From: Octopus sinensis
Taxonomy: Eukaryota
Reading direction: 5' to 3'
Assembly (NCBI RefSeq): GCF_006345805.1
Contig: NC_043018.1
Span: 25,978,001 to 26,042,000, forward strand
DNA: 64,000 bases
The notes under the pieces are model-generated. The model was not told where the DNA came from. It saw nothing but the letters and a program-made list of their open reading frames with translations, and ran no database searches. Shown here piece after piece: positions 1 to 12,220 of the stretch; positions within the stretch are counted from its first letter, which is position 1; every line of letters begins with the position of its first letter. Made by a program: the position numbers and the translations under genes.

Positions 1-376
1 GGTCAACTTTGCTTCTCATCCTTTCGGGGTCAATAAATTAAGAACCAGCTGCGTACTGGGGTCAATGTAATCGACTCATCCCCTCCCTCAAAATTGCTGC
101 CCTTGTGGCAAAATTTGAAACTATTATTATTCTTATTCTTTTTATTATTATTATTATCAAGGCAGCAAACTGGCAGAATTATTACCATGCGGGACAAAAA
201 TCTTAGTAGCATTTTTTCTGACTTTACATTTTGAGTTCAAATCCTGCCAATTGTTTTTTTGTCCTTTTGGAGTTGATAAAATGGGTACCAGTTAAGGACT
301 GGGTGGAGGGGGGTTAATATAATCAACTTACCTCTTCCTTTCAAAAACTGCTGGCTCTGTGCCAATATTTAAAACC
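1..376 (+). mobile_element. Two SINE-B copies (B2-type tail), first one cut by the window start
   Basis: Body motif ggtcaactttgc..catcctttcggggtcaataaattaag..ccag..tactggggtc and tail aaattgctgcccttgtggcaaaatttgaaac followed by (att)n; recurs throughout the window. Confidence 0.85.
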
Positions 377-387
377 ATTATAATAAT

Positions 388-770
388 AATCATCATCATC
401 ATAATCATCATTTAATGTCTGTTGTCCATGCTGGTATGGGTTGGACGGTTTGACTGGGTTGGCATGCTAGAAGGCTGCGCCAGGATCCAGTCTGATTTGG
501 TATGGTTTTCTACAGCTGTATGCCCTTCCTGATGCCAACCACTCTGAGAGTGTAATGGATTCTTTTACATAGCACTGGCATGGATGCCATTTGTGTGACA
601 CCGGTATCTGCCACAATTGTGATTTTGCTCGGCTTGATGGCTCTTCTTCTCAAGCACGACTTAGTGCCAAAGATATCGGTCAATGCCTCCATGAACCCCA
701 ACACTTAAAAGGAACCCAGCCACTTTGCCTCCATGGGGCCTAATGCTCGAAAGGAACTCAGATAATAATT
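388..770 (-). mobile_element. Family C retroposon 3' end (headless, (GAT)n tail)
   Basis: Reverse complement of the ..ggaagggcatccagctgtagaaa..ccaacccatgctagcatggaaaacggacgttaaacgatgatg motif at 3517-3827; further copies near 6745-7200, 19315-19600, 25960-26060, 52795-53015, 56425-56715 (-) and 23380-23755, 28480-28750 (+). Confidence 0.8.
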
Positions 771-1550
771 ACTGTTATTATTATGAGACACCCTGCCTCC
801 ACAAAAATTTAATAATAAAAGAAGTTTTTCTGCCAAAATAATGTGCTTGTAAAAAGATATTACAAAACACGATTACATTGACGAAAGTTATTTAATAAAA
901 ATTCTCTGAAAGTCACTTTCAGTTCCAATTTTAATTGCCAAACCTAAACAAAAGAAAAAAATTTTTTTCTTTTTAGTAAAAATTTTTTTTTATCAAAACT
1001 AACTTGTTATGCTGAGACTGAATGAACAGAAATAAATATTAAAATACATATTTTTTATTTTTTTTGCAAAACCAAAACCAAAACAATAACAACAAAAAAA
1101 AAACGACAGTTTTAATTATCCACAGATTTTAAGTAAAAATTAAAATATTAAATCATATATATATATATATGTTGTGAGCATTTATTATCAAATTTTCAGT
1201 TTAATTCTACAATAAAATTTGTGTTTGAAGTGAGCGGTAGACGACTAAGCCAATAAAAAAACTTGTAGCCATCTGAAAAAGAAAGTAAGAATGGACAGGA
1301 AAATGGGGCCTCGCAGCAAATATGTTGAAGGGTGGTGGAGTGATGGAGAATGGTGAGCATTGTCTAAGCCAACAGGCTTGCTCTTGACATACAACTGTAG
1401 ACTGAAGGATGACTGCTAGGAAAAGGAACTTGCCTTAGTGGTGATCATGGTGATGGTAGTGATTTTGTAGGGTTTCCCCACTGGATAGCCCTTAGAGGTA
1501 TCCATTTTTATTGGGGGGAAGGTGAGTTATTCCTTGTTAGAGTTAACATT

Positions 1551-1700
1551 TGCAGAGTCCTGTTGCCAGACACAGGATCTTCTAACAGCCACCCTCTTGA
1601 CCCAAGGCAGTACTACCTCCTCCAGGCACTTGATGTAGGCCTCTGTGTTGAGTCTGAGGCCGTGTGGGAACATGAACGGAGGCATAATATAACCATCACT
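1551..1700 (-). mobile_element. Tc1/mariner transposase catalytic-domain fragment
   Basis: TSDGYIMPPFMFPHGLRLNTEAYIKCLEEVVLPWVKRVAVRRSCVWQQDSA resembles the segment ending at the second Asp (xQQDxAPxH) of Tc1/mariner transposases. Confidence 0.8.
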
Positions 1701-2439
1701 GGTGCTCTTGGTACATGTTTTGGAGACATGGCAAGCCAACGCTTGTTCTGTGTGTTCACCATCTGATCCTGGCAGGAATTTTTCTGGCAGAGTAAATTGC
1801 ATCATGGTACTGTTTTTCTCACAGATGGTGCCCAACTGACCCTACTATACTGTGTAGTCGACAAAATCAAAACCAAAAAATGTGCATGCGTGAAATTAAA
1901 AATGTAGAATAATTATCAAAAAAAATATATATATATACAGTGTGCAATGGGTAAATTGTCACCATTTTATCATTTCATTATATGTAAACCCCAACACTTT
2001 ATGCCTGTCCTTGTATTCTTCCCCTCATTCTTCACCCTAGTAGCAAATAAAAGAAATCATCATCATCATCATTATTATTTTTATTGGTATTATTATTATT
2101 ATTCCTTTTGTCCACTCAGCATTTTGTTGTCGTGCTGGTATTGGACTGCTTGATCTCTGTTCACAAACTTTAGTTATCCAGCACCTTTGTTATATAATCC
2201 TTGCTTTGACAAGCAAACTAGAATCAGAAAAAAACAAAAATCCACTTCAATATCCAACATTTTTAACCAACTTGTTAGATTTCTTACCAACTGTCCTAGA
2301 ACCTTTCACTGTAAAATTAAATTTCATAGTTATTCCAGGAATAATGTTATCTATCTACCAAAAAATAGAATTAGTATTTTCTCTGAGTGACATTGTCTCA
2401 ATAAACTTGACATATCTCAACAGAAAATAATTTCAAACA

Positions 2440-2665
2440 TGACATTCTTCAACAAAAGATACAGTGATGTACGAAACTGCTTTCTGCAGTTAAGGATAAT
2501 GAAAGTTTGAGTGGATACATCCAATTTCTGCTGCAAATGGGCTGAGGCTTCTATTGGAATTGGAATAATAACAACTTTAAGGCTATTTTACATTCTTCGA
2601 AGTTGTTATTTTAGGTCTTGGTGTTCCACAATTTTCTCATGATCTTTGTTCCTCACCTATCTTTC
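2440..2665 (-). mobile_element. Degenerate R4/Dong-type non-LTR retrotransposon, restriction-like endonuclease C-terminus
   Basis: With stops: DHEKIVEHQDLK*QLRRM*NSLKVVIIPIPIEAS..LQKAV, similar to the EKxxKYxDL..W..KVxVIPIVIGALG..LQKAV motif of REL-type elements. Confidence 0.6.
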
Positions 2666-2783
2666 AAATAAACAAAAACAGTGTTTTTGAATGAATATAT
2701 AACAAATGAATATATTATGAATATATAATAAAGATATATCTAATGAATATATTATGAATATGTAATAAATATAAAACAAATGG

Positions 2784-2884
2784 ATATCACGTTGAAAGCA
2801 CTGGTTCTCGTCCGATCACCGATGTTAAGCATCGTCAGTACTTAGATGAGTGACTGCTTGGAAAACCTAGGTGCTGTAAGCATT
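2784..2884 (+). pseudogene. 5S rRNA pseudogene (5'-truncated, internal deletion of about 10 nt)
   Basis: atatcacgttgaaagcactggttctcgtccgatcaccgatgttaagcatcgtcagtacttagatgagtgactgcttggaaaacctaggtgctgtaagc closely follows metazoan 5S rRNA as I recall it; T-run follows. Confidence 0.85.
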
Positions 2885-2894
2885 CAACTTTTTA

Positions 2895-3400
2895 GGCGCA
2901 AGACTGGCTGTGGTAAGTAGCTTGCTTACCAACCACATGCTTCCAGGTTCAGTCCCACTGCATGGCACCTTGGGCAAATGTCTTCTACTATAGCCTTGGG
3001 TTGACCAAAACCTTGAGTAGATTTGGTATATGAAAACTGAAAGAAGCCTGTTGTATATATATATATATATATATTTTTTTTATTTTATCTAGTTTCAGCT
3101 CACGAGCTGTGGCCATGCTGGGGCACCGCCATTTAAAATACATTCCTATGCCAGGAATCGGACCCGGGCCACCTGGGTGAAAGTCAGGAATCCAAACCAC
3201 TAGATATATATGTTTGTATGTTTGTGCATGTGTGTTTGTCCCCCCAACATTGCTTGACAACTGATGCTGGTGTGTTTACGTCCCCGTAACTTAGCGGTTC
3301 AGCAAAAGACTGATAGAATAAGTACTGGGCTTACAAAGAATAAGTCCTGCAGTGCTCCAGCATGGCTGCAGTCAAATGACTGAAACAAAATAAATAGAAA
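2895..3400 (+). mobile_element. SINE-A, full length (tRNA-like head, central domain, microsatellite, gactgaaacaagtaaaagag tail)
   Basis: A-box tggctgtggtaag, B-box ggttcagtccc; about 400-bp unit recurring >20 times, e.g. 5535-5995(-), 6095-6545(-), 18085-18492(-), 25405-25955(-), 37448-37860(-), 39556-39945(+), 43865-44265(-), 63105-63530(-). Confidence 0.9.
3075..3207 (-). mobile_element. Short tRNA-Glu(TTC)-derived SINE nested in the SINE-A microsatellite
   Basis: Minus strand ctagtggtttggattcctgactttcacccaggtggcccgggtccgattcctggcataggaa is tRNA-Glu-like with TTC in the anticodon loop, joined to tail ggcggtgccccagcatggccacagctcgtgagctgaaactag that resembles the SINE-A tail. Confidence 0.75.
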
Positions 3401-3516
3401 AATATAACAAATGAATATATAAGAAATGCTGTATATTTGTTTAAATAATTAAAAACTGCCAGTCGCATGGCATGTATACGTTTTATGTGAACTTGTCCAT
3501 TCTTTTCTTATATATA

Positions 3517-3827
3517 TTAAAAAGCACCATCCGAACGTGGCCGATGCCAGCGCCGCCCTGACTGGCATTCGTACCGGTGGCACGTAAAAAGCACCAAGCG
3601 TTCGTGGCCATTGCCAGCCTTGCCTGGCACCTGTGCCAGTGGCAAGTAAAAAGCACACACTACACTCACGGAGTGGTTGGCGTTAGGAAGGGCATCCAGC
3701 TGAAGAAACACTGCCAGATCAGACTGGAGCCTGGTGCAGCCTTCTGGCTTCCCAGACCCCAGTCGAACCATCTAACCCATGCTAGCATGGAAAACGGACG
3801 TTAAACGATGATGATGATGATGATATA
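3517..3827 (+). mobile_element. Family C retroposon 3' end
   Basis: Internal ~24-bp repeats (aaaaagcacc../ggcacgtaaaaagcacc), conserved 3' region and (gat)n tail. Confidence 0.85.
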
Positions 3828-4031
3828 TCATGATTAAAATAAACGGGGACACACAATTGATTCCCTTGCTATAGAATCATGGTTGATGTTGTTACCTCTT
3901 CTCATATGTTCGGCTGTTGGTTGTGCTTCCGCTACGGGGAGATAGAAGCTTGCAGTTTGCAGCTATTTGATCCTTGTTCCTCTGCTGGTGGTTATAAAAT
4001 AAGCAAACTACAAAACTTGACAAACAGCATA

Positions 4032-4580
4032 TTTCAATTCAATTCAATTCAATTTTTATTGGCTCAAGAAGCAAAAGCAAGGCCATGTAGGGAGACAGGG
4101 AGTTATGTACAGCGAGGGTGGTCATACAAAGAGTTCAGGCCATTTCTGGTCAAGAGAGACTTTGAACCGAGCGGTCGTCGGCATCTTCACTATCTCGTCT
4201 GGCAGCTTATTCCACGGATCCGCAACCCGGACGGAGAAAGCCCCTCTCCTTCGATTGAGATGAAATCGTTGTAGATAGAGCTTTTCGGAGTGACCCAGCA
4301 GCCCACACTCTGGAGCAGGAGTGAAGAACAGCTCTTTCGAGAGGTTACACTTTCCGCTTATGATGTTATGAGTGAGAATGAGATCACTACGGCGGTGTCG
4401 TTTTTCGAGAGAATAAATGTCGAGCGTCTTCAGCCTTTCTTCATAAGGCAAATGCTTGAGACCAAGAACCATGTGGGTAGCCAGCTTCTGGACTCTTTCA
4501 AGATGATGTATGTCTTTGAGGAGATAAGGGGAAGAGGCTTGAATCCCGTACTCCAATATGGGTCTCACCAGCATGACACA
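4032..4580 (-). mobile_element. 5'-truncated CR1-clade LINE (ORF2 C-terminus plus 3' UTR)
   Basis: LVRPILEY..LERVQKLATHMVLGLKHLPYEERLKTLDIYSLEKR..AFSVRVADPWNKLP is the typical CR1 ORF2 C-terminus; AATAAA then (TTGAA)n tail. Confidence 0.92.
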
Positions 4581-7500
4581 GAGCAGTAGGAATATGGCTG
4601 CTGTAGAGTTATTAAGCAGCATAAGTCTTTCCTCTTTTATTGAATACAATAATATCTGGATCACCTTACAAGTGCTGGGGGTACAAAAAACCCCACCCAG
4701 TACATGTTGTAAGGTGGTTGGTGTTATGAAGGGCGTCCAACCACAGAGAACATGGCAAAATTGGCACAGGGTTGGTGCAGCCCTTCGACTTGGATTGGAT
4801 CCTGTAAAACTCTTCAACCCATGCCAACAGAGAAGAAGAAGAAAAAGATGATGATGATGATGGTGGTGGTAGTGGTGGTGGTGGTGGTGGCGGTGGTCCT
4901 GCCGCTACCTAAACAATTCTAGCATGGAGAAATAGACGATGCAAAAGCGAAAATGAAACAAGCATTAATCATGGCACTTAGCAAAGCAGACTTCGTTGCA
5001 AACTCGTATTAGGTTTCGTTTTCTGATTATCGAAACATTCTTTTCTAATTACAAAGTTAAATGTGAAACCTGGTCTTGTTTTATCTTTTTTTTTTTGCAA
5101 AGATTATTTTCGTGGTGTTATAAGTATTTAACAATGCAGTAAACATGCTGGCCATCTTGTAAAATGTAAAATGTGCGCTGATAAACAGCCTCATTTTTGG
5201 ATCATATTATATAATAAATGTAATAAATGGTTATTTTGGAAAACATTTCTCCCAATATTCTTGAGCTAATAACTGGAAAATTAAGCGGTAGAAGAGCTGG
5301 GTGGGGGTTCTACTGGTTAAGGTTCATTTAATTATACATGGCAAAACATGATTTTGGTCGCTTGCAATTGTGAAAATGAAACTTAGCTGTTGTTTTATTC
5401 TGTGTTTTTTTTTTAATTTTTTAATTTTTTTTTTAGTTTTCCAATTTTGATGTAGATTTTCCTATTAGCTGTTTTAAGAGAAATTGACTTCCAAATGATT
5501 TCTTAAAACACTTCAGATTTTTTTATCTTTCAATTATTCACTTGTTTCAGTCATTAGACTGTGGCCATGCTGGGGCACCACCTCGTAGAATTTTAGCTGA
5601 ACAAATCAACCTGGGTACTTATTTCCTTTTTTTCTTTTTTTGCTTAGTTTTAAAACCTGCTACTTATTTTATTGGTGTCTTTAGTCAAACTGCTAAGTTA
5701 CAGGGATGATGTAAACACCCTAACACCGGTTGTCAAGTGGTAGTAGGACACACACACAAACACACACACACACATACACAGACAGACACACACACACACA
5801 CCACACACACACACACCCTCACACACACACACACTTACACACATGTTTATGACTGGTTCTTTCAAGTTCTGTCTACCAAATCCACTCACAAGGCTTTGGT
5901 TGGTCCAGGACTATAGTAGAAAATACTTGCTTAAGGTGCCACACAGTGGGACTGATCTCAGAACCATGTGGTTGGGAGACAAACTTGCATCTACACCTTG
6001 AAGTATTAATTAATATTTAATTAGATTTTAATTATTTATGTGTTGTTGCTGTCATTCTTGTTGAGGTTTAACCTAGGTTGGCCTCTAACCAAGCAAATCT
6101 CTTATCTTTTAGTCATTTCAGCCACTGGAAGGTGGCCAGGCTGGGGCACTGTCTTGAAGGCTTAGTCAAGCAAATGAACCCCCTGTCCTTATTCTGTTGG
6201 TCTCTTTTGCTGAACTGCTAAGTTGTGGGGATGTAACCGAACCAATATCAGCTGTCAAGTAGTGGCAAAGAGAACAAACATAACACAAAGACACGCATGC
6301 ACACACTCACACGCACACACGCACACACACAAACACACACTCACACACACACACGCACACACACATACACACACACACACAAACAGACGATGTGCTTCTT
6401 TTAGGTTTTGCCTGCCAAATCCACTCATAAGTCTTTGGTCAGTCTGGGATTTTTGGTAGAAGACACTTGCTTTACGTACTATGTAGTAGGACTGAACCCA
6501 AGACCATATGGTTGGGAAGCAAGCTTCTTACCCGAACAGCCACGTCCTTGACGGCTGTCTGAACCATACAAAGTTTAATTTACTCCATTTTTGTCTCCAA
6601 TCACCAAAAAGAGCAATTCTCTTCAGATTGAAGGAACAAATATCACAAGGGATTCTGTCTGATGTTCTATTGTTTTCTATTCTCACATGTTCTTGTAACC
6701 CTTTAGTATTCAGATAACTGTCAAATGTAATGTTTATTTATTCATATCATCTTCATTGTTTAACGTCTGTTTTCCATGCTAGCATGGGTTAGACGGTTTG
6801 ACCGGGGTCTGGAAAGCCAGGAGGCTGCACTAGGCTCCAGTCTGATCTGGCTGTGTTTCTACAGCTGGATGCCCTTCCTAACACCAACCACTCCATGAGT
6901 GTAGTGGGTGCTTTTTACGTGCCAGGGGAGTCTGGCAATGGCCACGATCGGTTGGTGCTTTTTACATGCCACCGGCACAAAAGCCAGTTGAGGCGGCGCT
7001 GGCAACGGCCACATTCGGATGATGCTTTTTACATGTCACCGGCACTGGTATCACAACTACAATTTCCATTGATTTTTGATTGATATTTGATTTCACTTGG
7101 CTTAACAGGTCTTCACAAGCAGAGTTTTGTGCCCAATGGCTACATTCCAGGGTTATGGTCTCACTTGTCCTGCCGGGTCTTCTCACGCACAGCATATTTC
7201 CAAAGGTCTTGGTTGAATTAATCTTGCATTCTCTTATAGTTTTGAGATTTCAATGATCTGACTATTAATAGAATGGCATTATCAGGTCAGTGTGAGAGGT
7301 CAGATCTGTCTGGTTTGAACATAAAACTATTAGAATATCCTGGTTAGATATGGTTAGTTCTAGCCCTTAGCATTCGGGTTATTCTGCCAAATGTAATACC
7401 TTTTTATTCACATTGTTTTGAATTAATCACGTATTATCTTGTCGCTTTGAAATTCCAGTTATGTGATTACTCTTTTACTTGTTTCAGTCATTTGACTGTG

Positions 7501-7709
7501 GCCATGCTGGAGCACCGCCTTAAGGAATTTTAGTCAAACAAATCAACCCCAGGATTATTGTTTTTCAAGCCTAGTACTTATTCTATTTGTCTGTTTTGCT
7601 GAACCGCTAAGTTATGGGGAAGTAAACACACCAACACTGGTTGTCAAGCGGTGATGTGGGGACAAACATAGACACAAAGACACACACACACACATAAGTA
7701 TATATATAT

Positions 7710-8003
7710 GTGGAGGCGCAATGGCCCAGTGGATAGGGAAGCGGACTCGCAGTTGTAGGATCGTGGTTTTGATTCCCAGATTGGGCGTTGTGAGTATTTA
7801 TTGAGTGAAAACACCTAAAGCTCCACGAGGCTCCGGGTGGCGATCCCTGCTGTACTCTTTCGCCACAAATTCCTCTCACTCTTTCTTCTGTTGGCCTGCT
7901 CACTGAGCCAGCGGGGTGGCATCATTTGAAGGCTAAAACAATGCGAAGCGCATTGTGACCAGTGATGTGCAGCAACATCTGATAGCCTGGTCTATCATGG
8001 TGA
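7710..8003 (+). mobile_element. SINE-E (E1 tail) inserted in a TA run
   Basis: tggaggcgcaatggcccagtggataggg (A-box), ggtttcgattccc-type B-box; same family at 51326-51612 and 61833-62126. Confidence 0.88.
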
Positions 8004-8138
8004 TATATATATAGTCACTATGAGGATATTTAGACTTCTTATAGGGATATCTTTATCCAAGATACACTGGTTTAATATACTGTATTTTGAAGAGATATTT
8101 CTTGAATGAATATATTATATGAAATATAGACTATCAAA

Positions 8139-8230
8139 TATTATTGTTAAGTTTGAAAATGGAGAGATCTAATGGATACAAATTTATTTGTATCCATTAG
8201 GTCTCTCTGTTTTCAAATATAATAATTATA
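8139..8230 (+). other. Long near-perfect fold-back, about 45-bp stem
   Basis: tttgaaaatggagagatctaatggatacaaat-tt-atttgtatccattaggtctctctgttttcaaa, with pairing extending on both sides. Confidence 0.85.
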
Positions 8231-8281
8231 CACACACACACATACACGCGCTTGCACGTGCACACACACACACACACACAC

Positions 8282-8318
<37 letters not shown>

Positions 8319-8320
<2 letters not shown>

Positions 8321-8515
8321 GGTGGTGAGCTAGTAAAATCGCTAGTGTGCCGTTATGTTCTGAGTTCAAATTCCACCAAGGTTGACTTTGATTTTCATCC
8401 TTTCAGGGTCGATTAAATAAGTACCAGTTATGCACTGGGGCCAATGTAATCGACTTAATCCCTTTGTCTGTCCTCGTTTGTCCCCTCTCTGTTCAGCCCC
8501 CTGTGGGCAATAAAG

Positions 8516-8520
<5 letters not shown>
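8319..8520 (+). mobile_element. SINE-B monomer (B1 tail) between (CA)n and (TA)n
   Basis: Head aaggtggtgagct.., B-box gagttcaaattcc, tail gccccctgtgggcaataaagaaata. Confidence 0.85.
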
Positions 8521-8562
<42 letters not shown>

Positions 8563-9584
8563 TACACAATGGGCTTCTTTCAGTTTCTGTCTACCAAATC
8601 CACTCACAAGGCTTTGTTTGGCATGAGGCTATAGTAGAAGACACTTGCTCAAGGTGGCACACTGTGGGACTGAACCCAGAATCATGTGGTTCGGAAGCAA
8701 ATTTTAGAAAGACATTGTAGGGTTGGTGTGAGAGGCTGGATCTGTCAAGTTTGAACATAGAACAGCTGGAATATTTTGGCCAGATATGGCTGGTTTAAAC
8801 GACGAAGGTTTAAACTAAATCTGAAATTTTTTTCATTTCTAATAATAAAACGATCAGTTGTTATTGATTTGTATCAGTGACCAGGTCGCAAAAGTGCACC
8901 AAAGCATTTCAGCTGAGACATTTTCATTGCATACTGTACAGCAGACTGACTGCACTGTTAAGAAAGAAATGGGAAGTTAACGTAACACAGTTTCGTTTTC
9001 ATTGTTGCTTCTTTGGTGCATGTTCTTAAATTGCTAAAATGTTTTTTCTAAAATACCATTGTTTCAGTTTCCACAACACACTGCCTCGGATCAAATCACT
9101 TGTCAAACATGTACAACTCCGGGGTTTCTTTTTTTTAAAATTTTTTTTTTTTTTGCGTTTCTTCTTTCGTTTTGTAAAATAAAAAAGAGCCTATTGATGT
9201 GAAATATTACACAAAAATAGTTGCTAATTATTGCATATAAAAGCAGAGATCTGACATTTCTAACTTTAAAAAAAAAAAAAAAAAAAAAGAAAATATGGTA
9301 GCAGAATGAACCATCTTCTGCTTCTCTTTTTGTTTGTTTTTTTTTTAAATATTTTTTTTATTGTTTCTTTTTCTTTTTTTTTCGGAGGGGTCCTTTGTTG
9401 AAGGAATTAAAAAGCAACGTGTCTTTTATTGTCTTGAAAGGCATACACGAAAAAAATAAAGGGTGACTTGCTTAGAAACCAATTCTTTATTTTGCTAAAA
9501 TAGCAGCATTGGTGCTGATACACATGTAAGCGTTTGAATAACCTATTTTTGTTATAATCAGAAGATAGAACAAGGGGTTTTCTT

Positions 9585-9765
9585 TTCCCTCTCTCACTCT
9601 CCCTCCCTCTTTCACTCTCTCTCCCTTTTTTCTCTGTCTCCCTCTCTCCCTCTCCCTCCCTCTTCCACTCTCTCCCTTTTTTCTCTGTCTCCCTCTCTCC
9701 CTCTCCCTCCCTCTTCCACTCTCTCCCTTTTTTCTCTGTCTCCCTCTCTCCTACCTTTCTCTTCA
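9585..9765. repeat. Polypyrimidine minisatellite, about 3 units of ~51 bp
   Basis: ctctctcccttttttctctgtctccctctctccctctccctccctcttccact repeated in tandem. Confidence 0.9.
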
Positions 9766-10419
9766 ACTCGTTTGTATATTATTCTTTAATATCTTCTCAA
9801 TTTGTCAATTATTCAGTTGTGTGAATAATTATAATTTTTGGGAAAAAAAGTACAAAATACAAAAACAAAAGCAAAAAAATATAATAAAACTAAACAAAAC
9901 AAAGCCTGACTTTGATTATGTTGTGATTGGAATCTATTGATTGGCAATTTTCTTTCTGATGTATATTTGTTTCTACAACAAAGTACATTAATTTGAATAC
10001 ATGCTCTTGCTCAACTTGTGGAGGGGTGTGGCCTTGTGGTTAGGATGTTGGGCTCATGGTCATGAGACAATGGGTTCGATTCCTGAAGCAAGTAGCATGC
10101 ATGCTGTGTCCTTGAGCAAGACACTTCCTTTCATGAGACTCTAACATCTGCTTTCCACACAGGCATGGATTGTCCAACCCATATATATACATGTTTGTTC
10201 CTTCCCAAACCATGCTTGGCTCATAAGGGCCGGTTTCCTTGGCGTATAGGTCTTCTTAGCTGAAGTCAATACCAGACTAGCTGTATCAGCTTGGCTGCAA
10301 CTAGAGTACCACCTGACTCGTCCAGGATATCTTTTTGCTGGGTTAAAGGTGAGAGAGCTTAGAGAGTATCTATGCACGCTTGTTGTTACCATTATGATTA
10401 TTATTATCGATAATAATAA

Positions 10420-11228
10420 TAATAAGGTGGCAGAATCATTTGCATGCCGGGTGAAATGCTTAGCGATATTTCATCCAACTTCACATTCTAAGTTCAAATT
10501 CTACTGAGGTCGATTTTGTTTTTCATCCTTTCCAGGTCGATAAATTAAATACCAGTTGAGTACTGGGTTTGATGTAATCAACTTACCCCCTCCTCAAAAT
10601 TGCTGGCCTTGTGCTAAAATTTGAAATTATGATTATCATTATTAAGGCAGCTAACTGGCAGAATGGTTACCATGCCAGATACAGTACTTAGCAGCATTTC
10701 ATCTAACTTAAGATTCTGAGTTCAAATGCTGCTGTAGTCAACTTTGCCTTTTGGGGTTGATAAATTAAGTACCAGTGAAACACTGGGATCAATGTAATTG
10801 ACTAGTCTCCCCGCCCTCCACCAAATTTCAGGCCTTGTGCCTATAGTAGAAAGGAATATTATTAATATTATTATTCCACTTAGGTTGACTTTGCCTTTCA
10901 TCTTTTGTGGTTGATAAAATAAGTACTAGTTGAGTACTGGGGTCAATGCAATCAACTTAGCCCCACCCCCAGATTTCAGGCCTTGTGCCTATAGTAGAAA
11001 AGATTATTATTACTAAGGCGGTGAGCTGGCAGAATTGTTAGCATGCAGGGCAAAATGCTTAGCAGTATTTCGTCTGTCTTTACATTTTGAGTTCAAATTC
11101 GGTCGAGGTTAGTTTTGCCTTTCTCCTTTTGGGGTCAATAAAATAAATACCAGCTGTGTACTGGGGAGGTCAGTGTGACTCCCCCCCCAATTTCAGGCCT
11201 TGTGCCTATAGTAGAAAGGATTATTATC
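10420..11228 (+). mobile_element. Pile-up of four head-to-tail SINE-B (B2-tail) copies separated by (ATT)n
   Basis: Repeated head/body plus aggccttgtgcctatagtagaaagg tails each followed by attatt. Confidence 0.85.
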
Positions 11229-11310
11229 AGCATCATTATTATCTGCTGTCAGTCTTTGTGACTATCGCTGTTCATGGCTCTAACCACTAGGCCATGTGCC
11301 CCCCCACCAC

Positions 11311-11532
11311 TATCGTTTGTAGATAAACATAAATCTGGAGAAGACACACTCTCTAAGATGTAGAGCAGTTAATATTATAATGGGGGAGGCCGGTTTATGG
11401 TGTTACCCTGGATTTCTCATCCATAAGGGGTTTGGCCTTATGGCGTATCGTCAGACCCAAAACCTGCTGGCCTAAGACCCTGGTCTTATGGATGAGAAAC
11501 TCAGGGTAACCCCATAAACTCCCCCATTATAA
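11311..11532 (+). mobile_element. Palindromic MITE-like element F with a 60-bp arm on the left
   Basis: Core with ~50-bp inverted repeats (ataatggggg..ataag / cttat..cccccattat); second copy at 61580-61789. Confidence 0.75.
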
Positions 11533-11544
11533 TATATATATATA

Positions 11545-11885
11545 TATATAAATGGCAAAATGTCTGTGTGTATGTGTGTGTGTCCTTTATACAAATCCAC
11601 AATTTTTCAGTTAGAGGGCTCGCACTTTCTATGGTCATTCAAAACCGTCCATGGGTGGTCATGCACATCTTTACATTTCTCCAGTCATCCCGCAAAGCCA
11701 TTAAAAAAATCAATAGAAGTGACTATTTTTGTGAATTTTCTATCCCAAACCCAATCAAAATGCCTGAAACTTGATACGCCAATTGAATGCCAGCTAGCTG
11801 TATGTGATTGATCAGAGATTTGGACAGTACTCGCGTGTATGTGCACACGCACGCAGCTGTATATGCATGCACTAGCACTATGACC
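11545..11885 (+). mobile_element. Helitron-like non-autonomous element G (3' end lost)
   Basis: High identity to 26158-26525; its end is replaced by a SINE tail at about 11890-11960. Confidence 0.7.
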
Positions 11886-12139
11886 TGGCGCCATTTAAAA
11901 AGGTGGTTATGCTGGCGGTGACCCAGCATAGCTATAGCCTTAGGGCTGAAACATATAAAAGAATAAAAGAATATATATATTATCTGTAGAGATAACCTTA
12001 TCAAGTGATGTAGTAACACTGCTAACACAGTAGAACATAGTATTAACTTATAAAAACGTTTAGTATACTGTTGTATATTATGGTGGTTGGATAACAAAAT
12101 ATGGTGTCCCTACAGATCATTAATGAGAGTATGTAAGTG

Positions 12140-12171
<32 letters not shown>

Positions 12172-12220
12172 AGAGAACAAAGTGTACATACGCCACTATA
12201 TATATATATATATATATGAA

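Noticed and set aside
3143-3207. Functional tRNA-Glu gene
   Set aside because: The 5' acceptor strand is missing and it is fused to a retroposon tail.
4122-4817. 231-aa ORF as a host gene
   Set aside because: The C-terminal part is CR1 ORF2; the N-terminal ~80 aa is unrelated flank that happens to be open.
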